Below, one piece after another: positions 51,347 to 64,000 of a DNA stretch of 64,000 nucleotides. The stretch spans positions 41,044,001-41,108,000 of the forward strand of contig OX597814.1 of the NCBI GenBank assembly GCA_951406725.2, given 5' to 3'. The position numbers and the translations under genes were made by a program. Every line of letters begins with the position of its first letter. The first letter of the stretch is position 1. The stretch comes from Octopus vulgaris. Taxonomy: Eukaryota. The notes beneath the pieces were generated by a model, which worked only from the letters and a program-made list of their open reading frames with translations, did not search any database and had not been told where the DNA came from.

Positions 51347-51696
51347 GGCCAAACAACGTATACAATCATAGCCATAGTCATTTTGAACGTGTATTAATGC
51401 GCTTTATGATAATACGAGTGATAAACCGCTTCGTGGCATGCACCGTGTCTTACTGTCTGTCCTTCTGTCACAATTAAATAATTATCACTTTCAACTAATT
51501 GCTTTCTTGTTTTTGTATGTGTGAAACGCAACGCCATTAACATCAATATGCAACACCCAAGTATTAGGTTACATCGGGTGATAGAGTAAGTCTGCCACTC
51601 ATATAAACCAATGTGGTTTTGCAGCTCAAAAACAAAAGTAGAAGAGAAAATGCCGGAAATTATATGGTCCATGATATCTGTATGATCACGGTCGTG

Positions 51697-51810
51697 TACA
51701 AGTACCTACTTTTATTGATTTCGATAGAAGAAAATATTTCAAACTGACTTCAGCGTAATTTGAACTCGGATTGCAGAAATTCGAAATAAATACTGCATAG
51801 AATCTTGTTG
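51697..51810 (-). mobile_element. Decayed SINE related to family C
   Basis: GACTTCAGCGTAATTTGAACTC resembles GACCTCGGCGGAATTTGAACTC at 36181. Confidence 0.5.
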
Positions 51811-52519
51811 CTTGCCACCTCGGGAACCGAGCGGGCCACCTGATTTAGTATTCACTGAATTTTCATATGTAACATTATGGGTATGATTTGTAATTTATTT
51901 TTAGTGAAGTTTTACGGTAGGAGACTAGAAGTATAGCAAATATAATGAACATGGCGGCTGACTTACAAGAGATTTCAGTCAGTAGAATTGGTTCTGCTTT
52001 TAAACTAGTCTTGATTTATTGGATGCATTTCCTTCTATCACTTGAAACTATTATTTTTTTAGTTGACTTATCTATTTTACAAAAGAAATTACAGTCTGCA
52101 AAACAGTGAATAATGCTGTTTCGAAGTTCATTATACACTTTTCCACTTCAATATTCGTTGATATACACAAAATGTGAAATTAAAAAAAAAGACGAATAAT
52201 ATCATGGAATCTTCTTTTGAGAAAATAAATAAACATTTTCTGAAACATATCATTTAAAATATTCTATGAGTATGGAATCTTTTTTTCAGTTATTTCACTG
52301 ACATCGCACGTTATTGTTGTTGACAAATGTATTATAGACCATCCATCGGCATTTACTACCACATATTTCATTAAGAAACAAGCATTTATTCACAAATCTA
52401 AGGAATAGCAGCCAAAATTCAGTAAGTTAGAAAGACAATATTTTAATGTTGAAATATTAGCTCAACATTATAAATTTTTACTATATCAAATGTGACATAC
52501 ATTAAGATATGTAGATTAA

Positions 52520-52706
52520 GGGGGAGATTGTTGAACTGTTAGAAGATACAATGTGATTAGCGGCATTGCTTTTGGCTCTTTATGTCCTTAGTTTAATTTT
52601 CCCCGAGCCTTTGGAGTCGATAAATTAAAGCAAGAATCAAGTCTTGAGGTCAATTTGTACTCTGTCTCCATGTTACTGGCCTTGTACTAAAATTAGAAAG
52701 AATTAA
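52520..52706 (+). mobile_element. Decayed SINE related to family C, with a different tail
   Basis: CCTTTGGAGTCGATAAATTAA resembles CCTTTCGGGGTCGATAAATTAA. Confidence 0.5.
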
Positions 52707-52733
52707 ATATGTGTATTTGCAAAAGATTTATTT

Positions 52734-53145
52734 GGATCTTTTCGGCAGTTTTTAACACAATTTCTAGGTAACTAAAAAATTTTAAACTTCGTATACTGGT
52801 AGAATGTGTTTATAAAACATCTTTTTCTCTTGGCTTTATTGAGAAAATTCTATAGTTTGTAAGCTATTTGTTGTTCCTTTTCTTCAATTTCTGCAATTTC
52901 AGCCAATCAGTGACTTCTATGGAGTTAAAAAGCGTTCTGTGCCGTATGAATATGTCCCTCGTTTAAGAAACAGATTGTGTTTATTTACATTTGTGAAGAA
53001 AAAAGATACCCTTCCACCACCCCTAACCCTAACCCTAACCCTAAAAGAGATTGAAATGCAATAGATCGATTCTAGGGTCATAATTATGTGTGACAAATTC
53101 ATATGACACCGCTAGAAAAAACTGCCGTTCAAACCGAAAAAATCC
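52734..53145. mobile_element. MITE with GG...CC termini and internal (CCCTAA)4
   Basis: Left end GGATCTTTTCGGCAGTTTTT versus right end AAAAAACTGCCGTTCAAACCGAAAAAATCC (TIR, with a short deletion on the left). Flanks GATTTATTT / GATTATTTT resemble an 8-9 bp TSD. Telomeric hexamers at 53021-53044. Confidence 0.78.
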
Positions 53146-54456
53146 GATTATTTTTTTAAATAAGGAAACATCATTGTTGTCACACGTAGTTAACCAACAG
53201 ATTTCTTTATTATGTATACTAGAAGAAAGACCGTCCTCTTGGTGGTTTTCTGCTAGCCACATGAAAATATTTACACATTTAATTCCCATGTCTAATAATT
53301 TTTATATTTTACGTCTAATTATGTCCTTGTATAATAGTTCGCCCTTGCTTAGTAAATATTGCATTCCTTATTTTATCACAGTCACAATCTCTCTTTTTTG
53401 AACAAACATCACGGTAGCCCAACAACACAGAGAGAAACAGTTTGTCAAGTTTTAACTACCCCTCAAAGAAATATAGAGATTTCACTTCAGCAGTACGTCT
53501 GTAAGTTTTGCAGTGAGAGAGAGAGAGAGACAACATAGCAAAGAATGAATGAAATAACCATGAAATGAAAAAATCGTATGAATAAAAGGGAATTGCTTCA
53601 GGTGTTTACGCCCCTGAAATTGTTGCCTCATAACATCCAGGAAAACGGATATATTTTAACAAAATTTTCTACAAATACAACTTAGATGCTGTGGTTTGAT
53701 AGTATATAGGGAGTTATGGGAAATAATTTTTGCGGGGGGAGGGCATTTTCCCCTCCATAACTATGGATTTCTTTTAATGGAAATTTATACAAACTCCTTT
53801 CAAACGGCATATATTACGATTATAAAGTAATTTGTGGGGTATATGTTTTCCAGGATCGTTAAAACGACTGCATTCGAAATGATGGTTTTGATGGGAGTAT
53901 CTTTGTATGAACAGAACTGTGAAAACGCTTCACACCCTCATCATCCAAATCCGGACATATTTTGGCCAATTTTTTTGGCACTTCCAGACCACGGAAAGAG
54001 CATTTTCGGGAAAAAAACAAAAAATATTGTTAATATTTTCAGAGGGAAAAGTGATTTAGAGGTGACTGTGCTGGTGTTTCTGGCACATACAAAGTCACCC
54101 CTCCTCGTTTCTGTATCACTCTCGCATGTTTTGATGCTCTTCAATATTTTCCCCACAAATACATTCATATGCTAGAAAAAAGAAAAAAAAGAGAAATTAT
54201 GAATTTTTTTGCAAACCCACTCCCTGCCTCCGATTGTTTCTGTTTAGAAATTAAAATATTAGAGCGCTTCAGATGGTCAATACCGGCATTTATCTACAGT
54301 GATTAAAAAAAAATTACGGAGATGTGCTTGCATAGCATTTAACTTGATCTGAAATCGTATGCTGAAACAACAACAATTGCAGCATGGAAGATGTTGGTAA
54401 ACTATTTACGAACACAAATACCGTTAGTTTCACTTTAACATTAAAACTTCATTTGT

Positions 54457-54501
54457 GTCATCATATTTTCTTCTCTTTGAAACCGCGACCTCTTCACTGA
54501 C
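54457..54501 (-). ncRNA. Degenerate hammerhead-like motif
   Basis: GTCA-GTGAAGA-GGTCGC..GAGAA-GAAA-ATAT-GA-TGAC. Helix I is GUCA/UGAC and GAAA is present, but helix II and the cleavage site are decayed and position 3 is G. Confidence 0.35.
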
Positions 54502-56228
54502 AAGACTTCACAAAAGTGATGTAGCACGAAGTTTAGTCAGTTAACAACACACACACACACAAATACTCACACACACACGCGCGCAAACAGACATTCATTA
54601 CCTTTCATATGTGTGTATGTGTATCTATGTGTGTGCGCGAGTGTGCACTGGTGTGTGTGTGTCACTTTTGAAGTTGTGTTCGGAAACTGTGAATAATGTG
54701 GAAGTTTCGTGTACTTGTCGGTAAGGTTTTTCTCCTCGTCTTCTAATACTAATTACCCAACTTTCTAAGTTCTTCAGACAGCTATCAAGCGTTCAAAAAT
54801 TATACGTGTATTCTAAAAAAAAAATCACTTCAATAAATAATGTTTTGCATGACGTGAACATTAATAGCGACTTAAGTCTTGAAAGAGAAAGTGACAGAAT
54901 TTGCCAATGAAAATAAAATACTCCGCAGGGAATGCAATGAATGTTTCAATCTGTGATGAATTGGATGCAGTGAATATTTAAATTTACAAAAAAATTAATT
55001 AAACTTGAGAACTTAAGGTTATATATAATTGTTTAGAACATAAAAATACTTCCAGATGGTCAACCCTTTAATAATTGCTATCTTTTCGTACTTTTAGTAA
55101 CTTTACTTACCTAATTAATAAACAGCTTTCTCCATTATAGTATAGATTAAATTTATGTATTATAGCTGAAATTATTTGAAATTGTTGGCGTAATGCAATA
55201 AGAAGGTAATTAATCTTTAGTCTGATGATTAAAATATATGTAGAAAAATATCGTACATGGGTATTTTTATATACAAAATAAACAGTATACTTGCACCAAT
55301 TTTACATATGATTAACCATGCTTAGCAAGTTTTGTATTTTTCTCTTTAGATTTTCTAAATATATATATTCCTACCTATTATAATTTCAGGGCATTGTATT
55401 CAGCGGCTATAAGCATAATGGCATGAAGTAATAAAAAATGGAAGTTTTAACATTTGTAAGTTATCAATGAATTGCTTTATTTGGTATATAAATTTTATTT
55501 ATTACAACTAAGGTTATTTCAACTATAAGAGAAAGGTAATACAAAAGCATTCAACATTTAGTTTGTTAAATTAATTTCTTGCAGACGAAATTTATAATTT
55601 CAAATGCCAATGTAATATTTATATGATATAAAAGAATGAACAACAGTTTTGAAAGGAAACAAATCTTGCAACCGAGGAAATTTTCCCATTTCATATTCTT
55701 TTTATTTCTTACAGTTACCGCCGCTTAAAAAATCAGCCAAAGTTTCAATAATTATTCAATTAAAAGTTTCTTAATATAAAAACTATTTTTCAGGTATTCA
55801 AAGTCTCAAAGTCTCGGAGTTAGAACGTATTTCATTTTAAATAATGGTAGAATGGGAAATTGAAAAAGGATTTAGCTTTCAGGAAAGTGATGGGTAACTA
55901 TTAGGTATGGAAAACACATTCATATAACCATTGGCAAGGGCAAGTTGTTTTTTGCTAGTGAATGTTGAATGAGGAGAAAATGGACTGGAAGAAACTGTAG
56001 TTAAAATGGTATAGCTACGATTATGTTAGTCAACATGCTACACATGAAGGTGATGATGATTATGGTAGCAATGTTGACATCGAAGACTACAACTATGATG
56101 ATGATATCGAAGATTGCGATAGTAGACGTCCTTCAGTAGTTTTAATCCACCACTGGTTAAACATAAAAAACTGAACTCATATATAAAACTGAACACTTAA
56201 ACGGACTCATATCGATTACAAACACACC

Positions 56229-56300
<72 letters not shown>

Positions 56301-57248
56301 AATTTAAGATTTAATTCACAATAAACTTGTATTCACTCCTGGATTATGCTGTGAAAATGCTAAGTTTCGTAGTAACTAAATAACTAAAATATACTTCAAT
56401 TTGTGTCTATTTGTATTTTGAGATATTAGCTTTCATTATACCTACAAGATAGAAATTCCTGCATGTCCTACTACATTCCACTTACAGGCAATCTTCATGT
56501 TTGTATGACTCCGTTTTGCTTCCCCAAATATCATTTACTTATTTCATTCATATGACTGGGGCCATGATGGAGCACAACTTTGTATATATCTATGGTTTTT
56601 TATTAATATCAAAATACGCATATTTTTTAGTTTCGTATTTCAAAGGTCTATCTCTAAGATGTTTGTTCCATTTAATTCTAAGACGTTTGTTTCATTTAAT
56701 TCCTTAATATTTGTTTCACACACGCGCAAACACACACACACATACACTCACACATACACCTACATATACATATTTATAGATTACAGTATGAAAATTATAA
56801 CTGTGTGCTTTCTCATCTGAAAATATATAAATTTTACCAGCTATATTCTACTAATTTCCATGTAAAATAACAGCTTCGGTCTAAGGTACAGCACCAATAA
56901 TTGTCAGAGATGAGAGTGAGCTAATTCCATGAAACCAACTAAATCACTGGTAATAAATTCCACCCACCTTGAGAATATAAAATCCAGTTTGAATGCATTT
57001 TATTTGACACAAATAAATCAACGCATTTTTTTTTCTATGCATTCAATATTCTGCCGGGTCACTGCCTTAAATTTTGCAATGAAGTAACTTTCATAAGTAA
57101 TTTAGAATACTGTTTCCGGTTAAAAACTGAAATGCATATCAATTGATGATTGGCAGTATTCACGAATGAATTATAAGTTTACCTGTTATAATTGTGGAAA
57201 TGTTTCTAGCAGTTAATACAATTTTGTTATATTTCATCAAACTTGGAA

Positions 57249-58009
57249 GTGGTCTGATGAATAAGTATCCGGACTCATGCTAACGATGCTAAAACACGCA
57301 GAGAAAACTCGCTTGGCACAGAGTGACCGGATTAGCGTGTGTAGCATTTCACAAAAGCTAGGCAATCTCATCCTAAGGGCCTACGCAAAGTTATTAAACA
57401 ATTTTCATTGTTCTCGACATAATCAAGAAAATCTTGTGCACTTGAAACCCAAGTGTATTTTTGCTGAGCTGAGAGCAGTTGTGGCGCAAACTTGGTAGAC
57501 ACATGTGTCACACCCAAATCTTCAGTGATAAAGGATTTAACTGAGCCGCAACTTTTCTGCTCATCCTGTGAAAACTTACGGATGGTGATTCGATGATTTC
57601 CCCTCATAGCTGCACGCACATCAGTGATGTTGTTATCACTTTTGCTGGTTGTGGGTCTCTCAAACATTCGTCAATATCGACATCTTTTCGGTTATCTTGG
57701 AAACGTCTGAACCACTAGTACACTTGTGGGCGGCTCATACACACATCTCCATACACATTCTGTAGCTTTGTGTCAGCATCTGAGCAGGTATTCTAATGAC
57801 AACATTTTCTGTCATGCTCAACGCGACGATCACACACTACACACTGTCCATCCAAGCATTGCTGTAAACAGCGTAAGTGAATTAGAACGTGAAAATTAAG
57901 GATACCTGCAGAGTGGATTTCAAGGTCAATCTTTGCCAAACGGTTTTACTCTGCATTTTATACCTTCGTAATTATAGCAACAGTTCGAAAATTTATTGAT
58001 CAGACCTCG
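57249..58009 (-). mobile_element. Internally deleted mariner-family element with ~80-bp imperfect TIRs
   Basis: Left GTGGTCTGATGAATAAGTATCCGGACT..GCAGAGAAAACTCGCTTGGCACAGAGTGACC versus right reverse complement CGAGGTCTGATCAATAAATTTTCGAACT..GCAGAGTAAAACCGTTTGGCAAAGATTGACC. The internal ORF has RPTTSK..NHRITIR..ITEDLG..KFAPQLL (mariner HTH to WVP region) and no catalytic domain. Confidence 0.88.
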
Positions 58010-59483
58010 CCCGAATTATATTTCTTACAAGGTAAACTATGAATTATGAGTTGTATACTAAGATTATGCTCTTAATAGATATGTAATATGGATATGATCC
58101 GACTCAATGTGAAGCACTGACACATCAAGTCAATATAAATGAAAATTATTCCAATATAAACGACGAAATATTATACAGGTGAACTCAATCATTTATGCAT
58201 AATCGTATCGCTTATGCATATTCGGAATAAATTTTCAATAAATCTCATAATAACCAAAACAAAAATAAAGTTATGGAGAAGTACAAAATACATCGAAATA
58301 ATTATTGACAAGAAAATACAAAAATGGAAAACAGAAAAGAAGTGGCATCAGAAAATATAGATTATTAGAATAAAGATTAAATTTTTAACAAAAAAATATT
58401 AAGAAGCCTGAATAGACGGAAAACAGTAAAGAAAAAATTGTAAGACTGTAAATATATGAGTAACAAAAAACAAATAGGTGGAAAACTAGAAAAAAAATTG
58501 TGAATAGAATAATTCAATTGTCTGTTGGCAACTTCCCTCTTTTTGTATTTTAAAGTTTTGGCAATGTGACCACACACAAGTGATATTTACGTTCTCATTT
58601 GCGTTTCAAGCATTTCAATTTATTGTCATCTCTTGACAATCAAATAATAAATTCTCAATGTTGACCAGTACTGATTGTCTAACAAGGCAATTCAATTGAG
58701 AATTTCATCATTAGTAAAGGTAGCAATACGTGATGCCTTAGAACACTCTGCCTGATTTCTGACGAAAATCGCAAATGAAATAAGAGTAAACAGACAAGAT
58801 TGTACGGATAGAAAATATAGTCAACATTCATTATAATTGGCATACACACACACACAAACACACATGCAACAAACTCGTTCACATCCGCTCACACACAACC
58901 ATACATATAAAGAAACATTAGCTAAAAGTACAAAAGGAGACAGTGACAGAGCACTGGGGAATTAGTGAGAAATTGTGAAAGAGTGGGTCATAATTGTACA
59001 TTATTGAAGAAAAAAAAAAGAAGACGAGAAGGGAGGTAATCGATGAATGTCCGCCTTGGGGAAAGAAGTAGGCGTAGCAAATATGCTGAATTAAGACGAA
59101 ACCTTTCTTTACCGTAATTTACTTTCAACAATAGTTGCCACAGGCAATATTTAATATTTAGTTCAGAACAGAACGTATTATACGAATCACTAGATATTCA
59201 ATGAAAGACATTGATTAAGAGGTTAGTTTCGAGATATGTTTGAAAGAATGCTAATTGCAATTTTTTTGAGATGAAAGCAGTTTTATTTAAGATTGCAATC
59301 GAATAAATCCTAGCGAAAAATTTAAGATATGCATAGAAAATATCTTATCAGATTCATATCAAGCAGAAAAACGAACATATAATTATTTGCAAATTAAGAG
59401 AAGAAATTTGTTACTTTAAGAAAAAAAGTGAATTTATTTGATGCTATAGAGAAACCATATATGACGTAGCATATGTATATAGT

Positions 59484-59528
<45 letters not shown>

Positions 59529-60279
59529 TGTGTGTGTGCATTGGTGTGTCTGAGTGTGTTGTTTTTGCATGCACAATTGTGAGTATGCAGTTATGAGTCG
59601 GTAATTGTATGACCAAGAAGTACAAAAACGAAATACTGTCAGTTAAGAATTTTCTTTGTAAACGTTAAATAACGGATACTGTCAATAGCTCTGTTTGCGT
59701 TTATTTACTGTAGCATTGTTGACTGTAATCATTTTAGTGACTACGTAATTAAAATTTAATAAGCAGCGTATAATCGTATATTCTGAAATATTTTAGAAGT
59801 TATAGTGAAGAATCAGCGATTGAAAATACAAATCACCTCTCAACAATGATAGTGTTGCTTAGCAGAATAAATAACAAGCCGGCAATGATATTCGTTTTCA
59901 TTGAATTCATTGAATTGTTTGGCGTTATCTGAAGGGATTTGTTGATGTACAATACTAACGCCCCGGCAATATGTGGAACGACAAAATAAGCAATGTAATG
60001 AAAGCATCACCGTCAGGTCATTCACTTCTATTACGTAACACATACTCTCATGAAGATAGCAGATGATATGAAAATGTTATGAAAGAATCCATAGGAAAGT
60101 CAGCTTTTCATACAAACCTAAGGGGCCGACATTCAGGTAAACAGGTACGCACACACACACACACACACATACACACATATGTATATATAAACACATACTC
60201 AACTGCACCCAGCCACACACAAACGTATATACAAATATGAATGTACGCATGTGTGTGTTAGTGTGTGTGTATATATATA

Positions 60280-61543
60280 TTGGGCTGGAAAATAAGTTAC
60301 AGCCGGGTTTTTTTTTTTTGAATTTGTCACCGTTTTAAACTTTGGAATCTAACTTTTTTTTGTTGAGAATTCTACGTTTGAATCATTTTGGAATATGTTT
60401 TGTTTTTTTCTACTTAATTTTAGTTAATTTTTATTTATTTTCAGATCATGAAAATTAAATTTCAAGTTAAGAAAAACGAGCATTTGCGACTCATCCTTCT
60501 TTTTGCAATTAATCAAGGTTCCAAGGCTTCAAAATCTACTCGTTACATTTGTGATGTGTATGGAGAGGGTGCCATAGATGAAAGAACCGCTCGTGATAGG
60601 TATGCCAAATTCAAAAATGGAAATTTTGACCTCAAAGACGCACCTCGTTCTGGCCGTCCAGTTGAGTTCTATGAAGAGCGATTAAACCAAATTTTGCACG
60701 GAAATTCTCGTCAGACGACAAGGGAACTGGCAGAGAGAATGGAATGCTCCTAAACTGCTATAAAGAAGCATATTCACTCGATGGGAAAGGTCCAAATGGA
60801 GCATGGGTTCCACATGCTTTAAGTGACAAAAACAACAATTTAACGAGCCACAATTTCCACTGGTTTGCATGCTCGTGACCACTCAACTCATGGACGCAAG
60901 CAAAGATTTCTTTAGTGAATCGTTACTGGAAACGAAAAATGGTGCCTGTACATCGATATCAAGCAGCAGAAGTAATGGCTTAGCCCCGGTAAACAAGCGA
61001 AACCACGCGTGAAACAAGATCTTCGTCCGCGTAAAACGATGTTGAGCGTATGGTGGGCACTGGAAAGGGATTATCCATTACGAATTGCTTGAATAGAAAA
61101 AGATGGAACAACTGAACAGGGCTATTAAAAACAAAAGACCTAATCGGCAGCATAGAGTTCTTCTGCTGCACAACAACTCCCGCCCTCATATCGCCAATAT
61201 GACCGAGTAAGCCATTCAAACGCCTGACTGGGACGTGCTGCCACAGCATCCTTACTCTCCTTATTTGGCACCAACGGATTTCCACCTCTTTCAATCTGCT
61301 TCAAATGTTATGCGCAGGTATTCGTTCAATACTGATGCAGAAATAAGTGATTGGCTGGATCAATTTTTCGAGTCGAAATCAGGTGGTTTCTACCAACTAG
61401 TTATTGCCAATCTTTTTGGACGTTGGGAAGAATTTGTAAACAACAAGGCTGAATAATTGTTGATTAATTAGTTGTTACTTTTTTATAAAACCCTTTTTAA
61501 AATTTAGATTTTAAAAACGGCGGCAACTTAAATGACAAAACAG
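60280..61543 (+). mobile_element. Full-length (~1.26 kb) decayed mariner transposon
   Basis: TIRs TTGGGCTGGAAAATAAGTTACAGCCGG and reverse complement CTGTTTTGTCATTTAAGTTGCCGCCG, with TA flanks. Transposase 60448-61456 reads EHLRLILLF, DAPRSGRP, WVPHAL, IVTGNEKW, LHNNSRPH, HPYSPYLAPTDFHLF, with stops and frameshifts. Confidence 0.93.
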
Positions 61544-61559
61544 TATATAAACATATGTC

Positions 61560-61710
61560 TTAATTGCCAACAGAGGTCGACATAGAGAGGAGGCAAAGAG
61601 GAGGATTAAATCGGTTACAGCGACAGCAGTGCGTAACTCATACATATTTAATCGACACCGAAAGATTAAAGTTAAATTCAACCTCGGCGGAATATGCCAG
61701 CTAGCCGACT
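61560..61710 (-). mobile_element. Decayed SINE (family C), internal deletion
   Basis: CAGTGCGTAACT..ATCGACACCGAAAG..ACCTCGGCGGAAT..TGCCAGCTAGCCG matches 36128-36272. Confidence 0.75.
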
Positions 61711-61748
61711 TCAATGATTATATATATATATATATATATATAATTTGA

Positions 61749-61787
<39 letters not shown>

Positions 61788-61789
61788 CA

Positions 61790-61951
61790 TCATGATAGAT
61801 CGCTAGCCACTACCCATTCTTTATTTTCTCTCCGTGTTTCTTTCTGTATCCCTTTCTGTGAAAGAGCGCAGGCTCTAAACCTTAAAGACTTTTTCACTTC
61901 CCGAGCGTTATTCTAATACATCTGTTTGTTGTCTACACCACCTGTCTTTGT

Positions 61952-61955
<4 letters not shown>
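61790..61955 (+). mobile_element. Solo PLE terminal repeat (same family as 48611 and 49220) inside (TA)n
   Basis: ATGATAGATCGCTAGCCACTAC..CTGTGAAAGAGCGCAGGCTCTAAAC..CTAATACATCTGTTTGT..TACACCACCTGTCTT, with (TA)n on both sides. Confidence 0.82.
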
Positions 61956-62028
<73 letters not shown>

Positions 62029-63599
62029 ACGCAAAATGTTCATACCTGCTTCAACTCGTATGTACATACATATATGTACACACACTCAAGTATTTATATG
62101 TATATATATGTATGTATGTACGTATCATTGCGTGTGTGTTTGTGAATATGTGTGTGGTGTATCTGTGTGTGTATTTGTGTGCGTTATTGATAACAACTAG
62201 AAGAGACTGATTCTAAGGTGAATGGAGCTTCCACCAGGAGGCATTTATATAATCAAACGTTATCCAAAGACCCTTAACTATAACACTCTAACTTTGATGG
62301 TCCAGCAAATATGGCCAAAAACACTGTTCTGTATCCTTTGGTTTCCTGCAAAACTTCCTTCTTTCCCTCCATAGCACGTATGATTTTCTGTTACTTCTTC
62401 CATTCAGCACGCGGCCACTATTCGCGCCTTTCCTCATATTCCAATAATTGTAAGCGCCCTCCATACTGATTGGGCAGGAAATCCTTTACAGTCACATGTA
62501 TAATACAATATCTTATTTTATTTCAGTATATTTTAAGCGAGAAATTTTATAATGCGTTTCATGATAACTGAGCTCAGTCTGTTTTGGCCTTAGGATAAAC
62601 GTCAGCAACAATTATGACTATAATTTTGAGAACATATAATTTGAGTTTGGTATAAAATTGTAAATATATCTCATTTACGTCATACTAATGTTTTATGTAT
62701 GTAGCAGTCTTACGTTGAAAACAAATTTATATCTATGTTTCCATATATATTCATGTTTTATATTAATTTTTTTTTCATATTATTGGGATTCGTATGTCTG
62801 ATGTAGTAAATTCGAAACTACATATATATGTTTCTGATGAAAAATGAAATAAATCAATATGCGAATCTAATTATTGTAAACAGAAATTTGAAATTACACT
62901 GTATTACTATCACGAAATTCATTCAGCTGTTTTACCGTTTGATTTATTTTGATTTAAAATTCCCATCATTACGATCCATTAATTGAAATGCTCAGAAATG
63001 TATACACAAATGTAACTAAGAATGCAATATTTCTGTATTTTAAATTTTCATATATTGCTATCATATATTAATATCACTACGATTCAATCTATAATCAAAT
63101 ATAGTTTGGACTGCAGTTGAACATCTACTGACATCTACACACTATCCCCACGCAATTAGAATATAAGACTAAAGAACCACTAAAGTATATTATATGATAT
63201 TATATAGATAAACAAAGTATCTTGACACATCACATTGTATGAAATATATTTTCATTGAAAATTAGTTACATATTTAATGTAGTATATACATATATAGAAT
63301 ATATGAGATACTTGACAGGGTAAAACATTGCTTTAAAGACATCTCTTATTAATAATGTTCCTTCAGGGATATGTCACTTTATTTCCGAAGAAAATATATG
63401 CGACATTTTAACGACGTTTGCATTATTATTCATGATACAATGCCGGAGAAAATCTTAGGACCAGTGAAAACTTGTGAAAATGAACTTTTTGCAGACCAAT
63501 TTATTCGGCTATTTTTCAGCATAGATTCATTATTGGCAAAGAGAAAATTATATACGACAACTTAAAGAAATGTTTAACATTTAAACACAAAATATGCAT

Positions 63600-63960
63600 T
63601 GTATTACAAGTACCCAAAAGTTGAAGGTCCCGACAAATAGCAATTGAAAACAATTAATAGATAGTAAACAAGGAGTCTTAAAACTTAGTAACTCCACCAT
63701 TCACAGATTCGTTGTGGCATACTCGACACAAGTGTTTCAAGGAAGTTGTCCGGAATGTTACGCGATGAAACAAAGGCTGTTTGGCGAGGAGCATCCACAA
63801 TCTCAAATTGCGTCCAATTTTTGAAAACGGCTCTTGCCACAGATCCCTAAAAATTTTCGATGGAGTTTAGGTCAGAATAACATGGAGGATGATTCAAAAG
63901 ATGAACGATATTATTTCTTAAGAAATCTTTTTGCTTGTGATCATTATCGATTGTAACAAT
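63600..63960 (-). mobile_element. Tc1/Tc3-like (DD34E) transposase C-terminal remnant
   Basis: HPPCYSDLNSIENF*GSVARAVFKN..QF..FLETLVSSMPQRI matches the SPDLNPIENLWG..ARxVY..LVxSMPxR pattern. Confidence 0.78.
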
Positions 63961-64000
63961 ATACGGTACATACATCTACTTTACTAAATATAAACGAGGA

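Noticed and set aside
53021-53044. (CCCTAA)4 as a telomere or chromosome-fusion scar
   Set aside because: Only four units, and they lie inside a TIR-bounded element.
55560-55830. Several polypyrimidine-AG acceptor-like sites suggesting micro-exons
   Set aside because: There are no strong matching donors or recognisable peptides, and such sites are expected by chance in AT-rich DNA.
56040-56130. Acidic peptide EGDDDYGSNVDIEDYNYDDDIED
   Set aside because: It is best explained as a decayed (GAT)n microsatellite, with a short frame and no splice support.
60448-61456. Mariner ORFs as a SETMAR-like domesticated host gene
   Set aside because: There is no SET domain, TIRs are present, and the frame has multiple stops, frameshifts and mutated catalytic residues.
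62220-62510. Possible RTE LINE C-terminus (RAEWKK* on the minus strand)
   Set aside because: A single short motif is not enough to call it.

Overview
AT-rich, microsatellite-dense eukaryotic DNA that looks intergenic or intronic. The SINE families and repeat landscape suggest an octopus or other coleoid cephalopod; this is inference. I recognise no intact host protein-coding gene, and most ORFs in the track are microsatellite or antisense artefacts. The window is a graveyard of mobile elements. (1) Penelope-like elements (PLEs) of at least two clades: a decayed near-complete RT+GIY-YIG copy at ~9-12 kb and several fragments with a CxC-x5-C-x5-C (Naiad-like) finger. Several short PLE 3' ends carry hammerhead-ribozyme-like motifs and sit in (TA)n tracts. 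(2) A nested, co-oriented cluster of restriction-like-endonuclease LINEs (R4/Dong type) in (TAA)n tracts at 26-33 kb, including one very young copy. (3) Three tRNA-derived SINE families, mariner/Tc1 remnants, a TIR MITE with internal telomeric hexamers, a probable non-autonomous Helitron and a solitary 5S rRNA-like copy. The most notable signal is a minimal type I hammerhead at 43220-43267 (-). Its core has the compensatory U3-A8 pair in place of C3-G8, and every other catalytic nucleotide and helix is intact.
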